From contig OW569349.1 in assembly GCA_937625935.1 (NCBI GenBank), positions 558,001 through 622,000 of the forward strand: a DNA stretch of 64,000 nt, in the 5' to 3' direction. The number at the start of each line of letters is the position of its first letter. The stretch's first letter is position 1. Below the pieces are notes generated by a model. The model saw only the letters and a list, made by a program, of their open reading frames with translations, made no database searches and had not been told where the DNA came from. This DNA is from Tetramitus jugosus (lineage: Eukaryota; Protista; Heterolobosea). Of this stretch, positions 1-12,366 are shown one piece after another. The translations under genes were made by a program, and so were the position numbers.

Positions 1-182
1 GTGTTCGTCTGGTGCTTCGAATATTTTTGACTGATCGTTTCTTGATCATGTTGTTCAGTTGTTTTGTTGATTGGTGTGGGACTTGTTTTTTCGCCTTGAA
101 CAAGTCACATTAGAAGTTTTGTGCATGCTTTCACAAAACAAAACACGTTTCTGCTGCAAAAAAAGCTCCTGTGTGTTTACAC

Positions 183-3100
183 ATGATCACCACCAATAAC
201 AACAACATGACAATATCCAAATGTCTCTTTCAACCACCACCACCACCACCACCACCACAACTCTCTCATACTGTTAACAACAACAACAACAATGGAAATA
301 CTACCCATGTGATCACACTAGTCAATGTTTATCCATTAACAAGAGACAACAACAGCAACAATGATGATAAAACGAATTTGTTATTCTCGTTATCACCGAG
401 TGAACAATTTTTGGCAGAGTTCAACAGTGCTTCTCACTCGATACACTCACTCTTCTCACTCACTCAAGCAAATGAACAACAACATCACCATGACTCAAAA
501 ATGGTTTCATTGCCCATGATTCACAACAACAATGCAGAACAACAACATCATGAACTAATGTTCAATGTTCAAGCTCATGGTTGGATCACCACTACTACTA
601 CTGCTATTACGACTACGACTACTACCATCGACACAACCATTGAAACATCAGTATTACAACAACATGAACCAGTACACAACCATGAGAATAATGATATATT
701 TTTCTGTACAGATGGAAAAGACATTTTAATTTATTTATTGAGAACGAAGAATATGCACTACTATACTACTAGTCATCATTGTCATCATCGAAAACAAATG
801 ATTGCCCTCCATGCTCAACATTCAAAATCAAACAATAGTAATGATGATGATGAAAATGATGATGATACTGAGAATGATGGCATGAGTGACGAGATTCATG
901 AAATATCAAATGATATTGTTGGAAAACGAAGCACGAAAAATGTAATTTTGAATTTTGAATCAATTACTCAACAGCAGCAGCCACAACAAGAGGGGTCAAA
1001 TCATGTGATGATGAGCAATGAAGATTCGATATTTTGTGTGACATCGAGACGTGTGTCGATGGGTGCAGAGAGCAATGAGAATACACATGATAATGAAAAC
1101 GAACGAGATGATAGGAATGATGATGTGACAATGATCAGTCTATTCTTTTCATTAGAAAAATTCTTTTCAAAGTTTGTACTGATGGGAAGCAAGAACAATG
1201 CAAAATTTAATAATTGTCGGGTGATGGGCAATGATACGGATTCGTTGACACTGTTGTTCAATGATGAGATATTGTTTCGATTGCATTTCGAGAATGATCA
1301 AGTATGTTTGGATCAAAGTTTCAATATTCGAAGTGGACCATTGGATAACGCGAGAGGATTCAGACAAGAGTTTGTGTGTTTTGAGCAGAGAGGGAAGTTC
1401 TTGTTCGGTTTAAGGAGATCGATTCAAATGATCGATGTTTGGGATTTGGAGCTCAGGACCAGAGTTGGATCTGTTGATTTCCGATCCATAAAAAACAATG
1501 GTCTCCAACATCCGTACACTGCATTTCAAGTCTCTCCTGATGTATTATCAATCTCATTGGAGATTTCAAACAGTGCATGTTTTATTGTGCTTTGTCTAGA
1601 TGAGTGTTTTAAGAGCGATATGGTATCAATCGGTCAGGTGGCTACAGTGAACACGAATGCTAATGAATACGGTTCTGAGGAGGCATCAGACCAGAAAGGG
1701 GATGAATATGATGGTTCGGATGATGCAGAAGAAGAGGAGGAAAGCGAAGAGAATCAGTCTGATAGCACTGATGAGGAAGAGAATGAAGGAACAATGAATG
1801 TTGGTCACCATAACTCACACTCTCGATTGCTTGATTCTCATTGGTATGATAAAGTGGGTATGCAGAGTGATAATGTTAGTTATTTATCTCTTCTTGGTCC
1901 CGAAGTTGTCGACAGTTTTTGTGCAGACAGTGGATTCAGGCGAGAGAGGGGAATAGGCATTGAATGGGATGCTGGCAATAGTCGAATAGAAGCTACGTAT
2001 GATCCAGACTCAGATAAATCACAGGCTGATGAGAGGTCTGCTCGAAGACGTCTAAGTGATGATATTGTCACAGAGTTAGACAATGGAATTGTAATGATTC
2101 GACCGAGATATTCATCTAGTGAAGTTCCAGATTTGATTCAGTGGTGTTTGACTGATCGATTCTTCTATGCATTGTTGAGAGAGTCTGGAGTAGTGAGCAG
2201 TGAAGATGCTATGATGTATATATATGATTTTGTGACAGTAAGTATTGTTAATAGATTGTGTTTTCAATGTAACACGTGCTAATATGAGTGTTCCATTAGC
2301 ACAAGGGTGGTGTTTTGCGGATTTGTAAAAATTGTTCCTTGATGTTGAGCTCGCCAAGCTGTCAAACAGAGCAGGTAATGCTTTTGAGCGATAACTATGT
2401 TTCACAGATAGTGCTTGATATGACCAAAGAGCAGATTATCAAATTTACTCTCACATTTAAGGACCGAGATTTTGCCTCGTCGCTCTGTCAGCTCAATCAA
2501 TGGGGCAACGAAACCTTCTGTATCAGTACGTTAGAATTACATTTGCAAAATAGAGAGCTGTTTGAGGTTGAGGAGATATTACGAGTTGTTCCAAAGCAAT
2601 ATGAGGTTATTGCTTGCTGTGTCATACTTAACTTTGTGAACCAAACGTCATTTGCCCGAACATCTGACTTTAAGGAAAAATCGATTCTATTGACCATCAA
2701 TTTTGCTTCTCAATTATTGGAAGCCAGAGTACGTTCGAGCAGTGAAGTTCAATACGACCAATCAATGGCAATTAATCCAATAATTCACTCGCTACAGTCT
2801 AATCAATCATCCGCAGTAGGAAAGCTTTTATCGATGACTTACTATTCCGCCACCGACCGATATATTTTATCTCCTCCGGAGGAAACGGTACTACTTATGA
2901 ACATTATCATAGCATTACGAGGTTTTTTGACGGGAGAGAATGTCTCTTCCGATATTGATCGCCTTAGTCATTTGGCTGCTACGTCTCCGAGAAAGCGACC
3001 AAGTAAACAATATGATGTTGCACCTTTGTCGTTTGTGCATGATCAAATTGAGTATTCTGAGTTATCTACTGCGGCTGACGATCCATATAATTATGGCGAG

Positions 3101-6100
3101 GAATATGTATCCGATAGCGAATTGGATGTACTAGATGAGGATAGTGATGATGATATATCGGATGCAATTTTCAATTTTGAGTATACATTCCAACAGCAGC
3201 ATCCAGGTTTGTACGTTAGATGGAGAAAACTTGGACAACGCGCAGTTATGATAGAAGCTCTTCAAACAGGAGATGTTTCTCTTGCTTTTAGCTTCTTGCG
3301 ATATCGGCATTTAAGGAGTAATATTATGGCTTCTGATTCGAGCATTGTAAGTCCAGATGTAGAGTCAACTACTTTTGAGGATGACTTAACCTCTGATATT
3401 ATGCATGAGAGTTATTATTCGGAGATTGCGACTTTTGATCAATTTAGACAAAAAGCATTCTCCCTTGTATATGAATTTTTCGCCAACAATCAGTTTGATG
3501 CTGGTGTAAGGATGTTGCGGAATCTGGGTGAGAGTGTGGTAGAACACATGCATGAGATTGCGTTTAAAACCTTGGATCCAATCCTTCGGAATCAGCTTCT
3601 ACGAGAGCTTGAGAGAAAGGAGGTACTATCGAAGGAAGAGTCCGACTCGGTTCAGTTGTTACAAACACTTGAAACTATTTATCCCGAAACGTCATTTTAC
3701 AGAGTGATGAAGTTAAAGACCACTCGATCAAGACCTGATACGCTGCTGGTTTCTGGAGATATTAATGATTTAGGAGAGATTCAACACAATAGTGATGAAA
3801 CGGGCTTATTAATTGGTACACCGAGAACTCCTAGGACTCCAGTTGAAGAATCAGAGTCTCCAAGTTCAGATATAATTGTTACTCGCTCTCGAAAAGAGAA
3901 AGTCAAAAAGAAGAAGAAAAAGAAGGCATCCCGTTCGATTAGTCACCAGGGGTCTTATTTTATTGGTGCGCTAGATTGGATTAAGTTGTGGAGTGAGTGT
4001 ACCAAGGAACGTGTCTTGGTTGAACAAAGACCTGATGCCTTTTCTGTGTCGACTGACGCTAATCTCAGCTATTTAATCTCTCATTTTGATATCGCTGGAA
4101 TAGTTAGTTGGGTTGCCTCCCTTCCTTCTCCAATCGATTCCAAACTGTGTCTTGAGTGGAATGAGGAAGAGGACAAGATAGTTTTTACCTCCAACGAAAC
4201 AAATGACAACCTAGTTGAGGTCTACAGCACATTAATAGATAGCCTAAACAAGCAGCTTCATCTTTTCCCGAGCTTGTTGCACGAGGTTCTCGTTCATTCC
4301 CTTAGCTTGCGTGGTATTATGAATAATGAATCATTTAGACATTCACGACTTCAGCGACAGAGAATGGCGAAAGCTTCACTTCTTTTCTCCAATGAAGTTA
4401 ACCGGCACGCGTTGGATTTATGCTCCAAATTTTCATCAAAATTTGGACCACAGGTTGTATCGCTGGCGAGTTCAAGGCCCGTCGGCCAACTTTCCAATTT
4501 TCACATGGAGTTTATTCACTACTGCATTTCGAATGATTTGATATCGGTGCTGATCCAGTACATCAACACTTACGGTTTGTGGGATGCTGTACTTGACACT
4601 ATGAAACTTGAAAAGTATTCAAAATATTGGCTAAACATGTTGAGACTCGCGCACAAGAATGACATATTCTCTTTGTCTTTGCTCAACGCACAGCAGTACT
4701 TGAAGCAAAGTGACCAAGAGGGAGTTAGTGTAAATCGATTGTTAGCAAGTTCTAAGCCATTGTTAGCACTGGCTACAATCATGTACTCACCCGTATCATT
4801 CGATGAAGCGCTCAATTGTTCCTTGTCTAGTGTACATTACATCAACTCCCGAAGGCTTGCTTCGATAATCAGTCCCTATCCTGCTCTGGAACGAGCATTG
4901 TTCAAGGAGGCACAGAGTGATATGTCTTTCTCCAAGGGCAAAAAGAGTTTAACCAGCTACGAAGAACAATTGAATGGTAAGGTGCAATTGGCTAACCTAG
5001 AACGAAGTAGAGGAAATTTGGTTACAATAGAGGATGACATTTCACTCTTTGATATGATGCATGATACTCATGAAGAAATTGATCTCAGTGAAATATTCCC
5101 AACACGATCTCATTCAGACAATGAAGCTTCTCCGATCGATGTACTACTTGAGCATCGCGATACATTGGATTCATATGTACTCTCTGATGATGACACGTTA
5201 CTCAATTTTTCTTCAGGGGAAACGCCATTCGAGGATAGTATTGATATTCAATATTATTTGTTGAATGCGAGAGCTTTGGATGCTTACAAGCTTTTATTGG
5301 CCGATTTTGAGGGAGATATAACTCATGATGAGTTTACTTTGTTATTTTCTCCATATACCCATGTGGTAGACACGAAGGAAACATCGCAAAACTTGTTGGA
5401 CCACAACATGAGTGCGAATGAAATTCTGCGTCTCTGTCACATGTCCCGACGAATAGCGATGAATAATTTCCTGAATAAGGCCATAACTAATGCTTGCTCA
5501 ACCTTTTTGGAGCTGTGTGGTAGTTCCATCTGTCAAAAATATGCTCATATCATTCAAGTTGAATGTAAGGTTGCTCGACTTGTATTCCAGGAGCAAACAG
5601 AAGCAACTGAAATGAAAGAGTTATTCTTGTCCGTTTCTTTTGAGGATGAAGGGATAGCCTCTCGTTTAGAAGTCCTATCTCTTCTCGAGGATGCAACGAG
5701 CAAGAAAACAGATTCTCCAACACAATCGACCACAGAGCAGTATTTAAGTGGATTGAATGCTACTGACAATCACTACTTATCACCCTACAAGCTTCTTTGT
5801 GATCTATGTGATATTTATGGCTTGCCGATGTATACGACACATTTGAAACAACTTGCTCAACACGGTCAGTGGATTTCTCTGTTGCATGAGGCCCATGAAC
5901 TTTCTATTCCTGTAAGTGTGTTGCTCAACATTGTTGAACAATACTCGGAACCGTTGAATCCCTTGCGCCACCACTTGATTATAGTTCTCCGAGAGGTTGG
6001 AGAAATGGACAAGAACTTTAACAATGACATTACTGAAAGATCTCAGGAGCCCAATACGAAGAGAGTCTTGCAAATATTCCATACAATTATCCATTGCCAA

Positions 6101-9100
6101 ACATTCCTTTGTGATGAATCGAATCAAGCAGCATTTGACTACTTAGTGCTGAAGGCTCAAGAGTACGGTGAGCCTCTTTTGGCTGTTGTTGCTGTGTCAT
6201 ATCTTCCCGATGAGGTGTTTGTGGCGTTGAATGCCTGGCTTGTAGCCGTACTCTGTCATTTAGGAGTATCGATGAATCAATTAACCACAGCATCAAAACT
6301 GGAGAAACTTGAATCTCTACTTATAATCTGTTGTGAACATGGTGTTGTGAGCAAACATAGCAACATTTTACGGTTGCTCATCAGAGCACTGAGAGTATTT
6401 GATCCCTCCAATCCTCTCTTGCAATTTATTTTGTTCTACGATGACATAGTCTCCTGCCGATTTAATTCAGCCCATAGATATTTGTTCTCATTTGTAGATA
6501 TGATAAGTAGTAGTACGGGAACAAGCACTTTTATTGTTGGAGACACCAGTTGGATCGCCAGTATCAGTGCTACGCTGATGAAAATATTGTTTCACAACTT
6601 GTCAAACTCGTATCAATGTTCCCAATTGTTACGCATTGTTGTTGAGTGTAGATTCGATGCTTTCTGTGAGGAGTTTGCAAAGTATCAAGAGCTGGATCAA
6701 ATCATTTCTAAACTGAGAACTGATTGCCTCATGCGCACTGGTCAAGTATCTGTTAAGTATGAACAAATAGCAGTATTGGATATCCGATCAGATCCAATTA
6801 CAATCATTAGCCAACTATTGGATTTGCATTATTATGAACCTGCCCGGAAAGTAACGCAGCTATTCAAGCTTTCGGTTGATCATCCGTCAGCAACATCCAT
6901 TACGCTGACAGAAGCTCGATACAAGATCTCTCAGCTCAAGGAGTCGACTCTTTGGCAGCTTAAGAGTGAACGAGATAACTTATGGACCTCAGTTCAGAAT
7001 CTATTTACAGAGGCTAAACTTTCTGCACAAGAAATTATTTTATTTTTCGTTAATCAGGCTTTTGAACTCCAAGATGTGATTGATCTATCTGAACTCATAT
7101 CCTTATTAGAACTAGCAGAAGAACAATTGAAACGCTTACCGATGACTCTGGAGGTGCAAGAGCAGCTACGTATACTGAGAAGCAATATCTCATTGCTGAC
7201 GACATGTGTATCGTCATCCACACATGCCAAGAAGGCACTCATCTCCTCTGTTATGCAACTATTATCTCAGAAGATTCTATGCACACAAACGAGCTCCGGT
7301 TTGACTGGCGAACTAGAGGGTATCTCTGAGTTCCTTGTGAAGGTTATAGATTCGTTACTTTTGCAAGGGAAGCTGAATGAAGCAATCGTTTTGGCTGGAC
7401 ATTTTCAGTTTGATAGTAGTGACCTACGAGTTATATCATCGGCATTACAAGTTTGTAGATCCTTCCTGCGTGATATGGTCAATCAAAAATCGACTCCAAA
7501 GTCCTCGTTGGTCTTACCAGCGAAATTATTGCCTGAGGAACTGTATATTGGTCTCAGACAATACATTGCCAATATTGATGAAATTCGTGACATTGAGCAA
7601 ATATTTGAAAAATTGCATATGTTATGTTATGGTCATGATGGTGCTCGACACTATTGTCGTGTCATATCTCTGAACCTCAAGGTTGCAAAATTGCTTCAGA
7701 CATCATATGACGATCTGGTTCAAAAGGATCCATATGACACTCTAAAGTTATTGCTCATGTTTGGTAGAGACAAGTTAAAATTATGCTCTTCATTTGTTCT
7801 ATTGAGAGAATTAGATACAAGTAAGGCTGGTGTCGTTTGTGCCTCATATCTATTTAATACGTTTTGTGATTACTACGAAGACGAAACGCCCACTATCATT
7901 AATAACGATTTATTCAGAAGTGATCTGATCGAGGATTACTTCTCTGGTGGCGGTAAGGACGAATCTGCTGATCTAACCCAATCAGAACTTGATCGTCTCG
8001 AGACAACTTCATCCAACAGCTCTGAGAAGAGTACTTCCAGCGCCGATTTGCCAGCAGTTCGACAACAAAAAGCTAAGGCTGTTGTGACGGTTGGTCAAAA
8101 TCAAAAGAGTGATCCAAAGTATGATATTGTCAAATGTTCCGGGGATGAATTTTTGGAGTATGCATCTATTTGCCGTGATCCTGCCGCAATGGCTTCGCAC
8201 TTGCTCCAAATGATGGACGAAGTATTGAACACTGATTCTGGGCAACATTTGAAAGTAACAATCAAGTGTCATGTAGAGCTGGTAATTCGCGCTTATTGGT
8301 GCTACCAAGTTGCCTCTTCATTGGATGGTGTAGAATCTCTTCTGAATAGGATTAAGAACGATGTTGTTGTCACGTTGTTAGATAAGAAGGAATTCTCATT
8401 GATAGTCCGCCTTCTTCTCTGCGTTCGTAATTTTAGTGAATTGGGATACTTGTTTGACATATTGACTAAACATGAGCAATTTGAGCTCATACTGCGTAGA
8501 AACCCAGACAAATCAGTCCAAAATGAACTTAAGATGGTTCTTGCCTCATATCTGAAACAGAAGTTCCCAGACGACGATGAAAAGTTAATGATGGTGTACC
8601 TTCGGTTCAATATGTTCAAGGAGTATGGTTCTCTCCTTATGAAGAAAGCCACAACCGCAATCAATTTGATCACTGACAAATTAAGTGCTCCTCCTGTGTC
8701 TCCAGTCTCTAACAAGAAGGATCAACCAACATCCATGCCTGATGACAGTGATTTGAGTATCGAGGAGCTTTTACAACGCGTCACTGAGCAATACGCTTCG
8801 GCTGCTGACTCGTTCGTATCCGAAGAGTGCTTCCTGACGGCCACGCGCTGCACCTCATTGTGCAACCTCGTTCAGCTACAAGCCTCCTTCTATCACCAGT
8901 TCAAACCAAAATGTCCTGTTGTGTTGAACATGAGCCAAAATCAGGCGAGACAATTTATTAGGACTCATAGCTGCTTCCCATCCTGTCTTGTGGTTGCTCA
9001 GGCATATGATCTCAACCAAATGTCTGAATGGTTGGAACCAATTTATCATCAGTGCATCGTGCAAGGAAACACTACATTCTTCCTTCAACTTCGTCAGTAC

Positions 9101-9316
9101 TTACCCACATCATCTAACTTGTTCAGAGAGATTGCCAAGCGATTTAGAACTGAGCAATCTCTGACTCCGAAGATAGTACGGTCAATGTATCGTTTCTGTG
9201 CCTTGTGTTCTGACTATGCGGTCAAGCTTGAGATTTTGAAGGGCATGGGTCAATTGAACTCTGAACTGGCATACACAGCTTCTGCTACACTTGACTCTCC
9301 TCTCGGAGAAAGTTAG
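183..9316 (+). CDS. SPG11: Spatacsin (AP-5 accessory protein), 2 exons 183-2237 and 2300-9316, about 3020 aa
   Basis: C-terminal spatacsin motif CHVELVIRAYWCY...DGVESLL...EFSLIVRLLLCVRNFSELGYLFDIL..HEQFELILR. ORFs 171..2282 and 2315..9316 join in frame through a 62-nt intron at 2238-2299 (GTAAGT...GCTAAT...TTAG, phase 0). First in-frame ATG is at 183; the N-terminus is low-complexity. Confidence 0.88.
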
Positions 9317-9714
9317 TAAAGGTCATGCCGGCGTACCACAAGGTTGTATCATATTCAACATGTTAACTCCGTCTCGGCAAAATCAACGTCAAAGCGGCTG
9401 TAATTTGACGAAAAACGTTTGGTTGTGTGGATCTGGGTGGGGAATGTCTTCATCAATCAAGTAGAAATCCCCTTCAGTCATGATGGGCAACAAGCACGCT
9501 GGAAAAATAAAGAAGTTTTCCAAACAACAACAAAAAACACGAACAACATCAAAGAACAACGACAACAATCACACAAAACAACACATCTCGCAATTTTTCA
9601 TTGATCAATAACAGAGATACATTTCGTGTGCTTGCAGATTTACCGTATTCTTTAATTTATCTATATACAACAACAGAATAACCTAACGGAAAAAAAAAGC
9701 TTTCAGAAAATAAA

Positions 9715-10640
9715 ATGGCGAGCGTGCTACGATTGTTTGGTTCCAATGATGCCTCTAGCAAAACCTTCAAGAGCAAAAAAATTTTAACAAACACACTTCA
9801 GACGCGATTGAAGACGGATCTACAACAGAATTATGCTTCACTTGGACTGGGACATGGATTGGCAGAGAGTGTCAAGGTTCCTGTTGGTGAAAATAAGAAT
9901 GAATGGATTGCTGTTCGTATGTGTCACTTTGATTCTCTTTGTCTGACATCATCACAGATGTTGTTTTTTTGGTAGTTGCTATTGAAGCAAGAGCTTTTTG
10001 TCGTGTGTTTGATGTCATTGCCGTTTTTTTGAGACTGTCATTTTTGATTTTACGGTAAACTGGCGGCGCGCGATTTTTTTTGCTTTCGCTTTGTGTGATG
10101 ATCATCATCCATTAACACTTTTCATTTCTTCTTCTTTATTTAGATGTGGTTGATTTTGTCAATGGTGTTGACATGCTGTACTCTAGTTTGAATGAGGTTT
10201 GTACTGCCTCCAAGTGCCCCACAATGAACGCAGGCCACGAATACGAATACCTGTGGCGAAACAAGAAGGACAAGAATTACAAGAAGCCAACTGCTGTCTC
10301 AGCACCTCAATACATTAGCTTATTGATGGATTGGATCGAGAGCTACGTGAACGATGAGACTGTGTTCCCCAAGGATGCCAACACACCATTCCCCAAGGAT
10401 TTCTTAAAGATTGTCAAGGACATTTTCAAGCGATTGTTCAGAGTGTATGCGCACATGTTTTGCGCTCACTTGAACGATGTGAAAAAATTGGGAGAGCACG
10501 CGCATTTGAACACTTCGTTCAAGCATTTCATGTACTTTGTGTTTGAGTTTGATTTGATTAGTGGATCCGAGTTGGCGCCACTGAGAGAAGTGATTGTTGA
10601 GCTGTTGGGTCCTCAGTACGAAAGCAAGATACCAAAGTAA
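9715..10640 (+). CDS. MOB1: MOB1/phocein-family kinase activator, exons 9715-9916 and 10144-10640
   Basis: Splicing the GTATGT...TAG intron at 9917-10143 gives EWIAVH/VVDF. CPTMNAG..YEYLW, SAPQYI..LMDWIE, FKRLFRVYAH and HLNTSFKHF are canonical MOB motifs. Confidence 0.93.
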
Positions 10641-11101
10641 TCACAACATGTGCAACACACAAACAATGAAAAAAACGAATAAACATGACACCTCTTGATT
10701 GAGGTCTTTGAATTTGTGCAGGTTCGTTATAGTTATAAAAAACATCCCATTTTTTGTGTATTCCCGGCGGGTCAACCTGTAAAAATTTATCGGAATGTAT
10801 TTTCCGCACCACAATAATGCAATCAATCAACAATGGTTGATTCGAAGAAGAGCGAGAATCTGTTCAAGAACCTCGCGAAATTGTTTGGCCCACAATCAGA
10901 CAACATAGAATATTGTTTAATTGTCCAAACTGGGTCGGTCTCTTCATTAGACCTTTTAACAGTTCGAGTTCCGCTTATCCGCCATGGTTGCGCTATATTC
11001 TACCTATTCTCCTCGAGGGGATCCTTTCAGTTGCCCATAGATAAGAGCCCTTCATTTGAAAAATTTGTCAGAACTCAAAACCCCTGAAAGAAAAACCAGA
11101 C

Positions 11102-12343
11102 ATGACTACTTACAACACACATAGGATACTACAAACCATGAACCACCTTAATTCTCTGATTTCCGAACGCAAGTTTACTATGCTTGTGTTCTACCGAGGA
11201 GACTGGAGCGATACTTGCAGAGAATATTTGAGGGATTTGAATCGGATGGTGCCTGCTATACGGTGCATGGGTGGTGAGATTGCTGGCGTATGTTCTCAAA
11301 GAAAAGATGTACTGGAGAGCACAACTGACGCCATGGGTCTGCGGTTTCCATTGTTTTGTGACGAGGGGAACTCTGTTGCCTCTCGATATCACCTAACTGT
11401 AACATATGGGCACAATAGCAGAGAAGTCCAGGCAATGAAACGCCTGTTTCTGAAGAAGAAGGGATTAAATGAGGAGGATCTTTCGATTGAGGATTTCGAA
11501 AGAAATGTGATGCAGAATGTTTCAGGGACAGGAATCACACGACCGGGGGTTGTCATTCTGACTGGCATCGATCAAGTGTTTTTCAAATGGAGCAGTTCCG
11601 TTAGTGAAACAACCGTACAATTCGGAAACGACGATCGTATCAAACCTCTCGCTTTGTTCAACCTTTGCAAATACAATTTTGGAAGATACTACCGTGGACA
11701 ATCCAGAAAGAAAAGAATCATCATACTTGATGAAGAATTTCAACCTGCCACGAGTTTTGAAGACATTGAATGCTATCAAAGACACAGGCCTTGTGCCGAC
11801 GTCTACAATGGTCTCAGCTTGGAACTGTGGTTTTTGAGATGTTGCAATGCTGGATGTGTGGGCTTCTCTTTGAAGAAAGGAAAGAGAAAAGAACTCTTTC
11901 ATGCACTTCTGAGCAATGAAGAATCAAGCACGTTGTTTTACTCACATTTACACGATGAAGGAAGCTCAGACTCTCTTCAATTCTTAGATTCGTTGAACCA
12001 TGTCGAGGAGTGGACGACAGGAGAGCACCCAAGTGTTCTCTTACCTTTCATGATATCCATTCATAATGACTTCACTCGAGCCAACAGCCCTCAGGAGTTG
12101 ACCATACCTCAGGAAATGAAACAAGAGATTGAGGAGTCATTTTCGAATGGAACTCCAACCCTCTCTGTGTTTTCAAAAGCTGAGGAGTATGTTCTGGAAA
12201 GTCTTCAAAGAGAATGTGTACCGAGATTCTTGAAGACACACAGAGCAACACCGATTATTAGAATCTTTCCCCAATTCTTTGAGATTGTTTGCTCTTCAGT
12301 CAACCCAGTTACACATTTTTCATCTTTCCAACAATGTCAATGA
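11102..12343 (+). CDS. AhpC/TSA (redoxin-like) domain plus C-terminal RGS domain fusion
   Basis: N-terminal LVFYRGDWSDTC...LRFPLFCDEGNSVASRY...RPGVVIL is peroxiredoxin-like. C-terminal LFYSHLHDEGSSDSLQFL...IHNDF..ANSPQELTIP..MKQEI...VFSKAEEYV...L.RECVPRFL is RGS-like. Confidence 0.75.
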   Translation: MTTYNTHRILQTMNHLNSLISERKFTMLVFYRGDWSDTCREYLRDLNRMVPAIRCMGGEIAGVCSQRKDVLESTTDAMGLRFPLFCDEGNSVASRYHLTVTYGHNSREVQAMKRLFLKKKGLNEEDLSIEDFERNVMQNVSGTGITRPGVVILTGIDQVFFKWSSSVSETTVQFGNDDRIKPLALFNLCKYNFGRYYRGQSRKKRIIILDEEFQPATSFEDIECYQRHRPCADVYNGLSLELWFLRCCNAGCVGFSLKKGKRKELFHALLSNEESSTLFYSHLHDEGSSDSLQFLDSLNHVEEWTTGEHPSVLLPFMISIHNDFTRANSPQELTIPQEMKQEIEESFSNGTPTLSVFSKAEEYVLESLQRECVPRFLKTHRATPIIRIFPQFFEIVCSSVNPVTHFSSFQQCQ

Positions 12344-12366
12344 TAAAGTTGTATTACAACAAACAC

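Noticed and set aside
2238-2315. Apparent two genes or frameshift between ORFs 171..2282 and 2315..9316
   Set aside because: Explained by a canonical 62-nt intron that restores the frame.
9917-10143. snoRNA hosted in the longer MOB1 intron
   Set aside because: No convincing C/D or H/ACA box arrangement.
10833-11087. 84-aa ORF upstream of the redoxin-RGS gene, and the many short antisense ORFs in the track
   Set aside because: No recognisable motifs; consistent with promoter sequence or shadow ORFs of real genes.
11190-11225. Selenoprotein-type UxxC in the redoxin domain
   Set aside because: The codon is AGC (Ser), not TGA.
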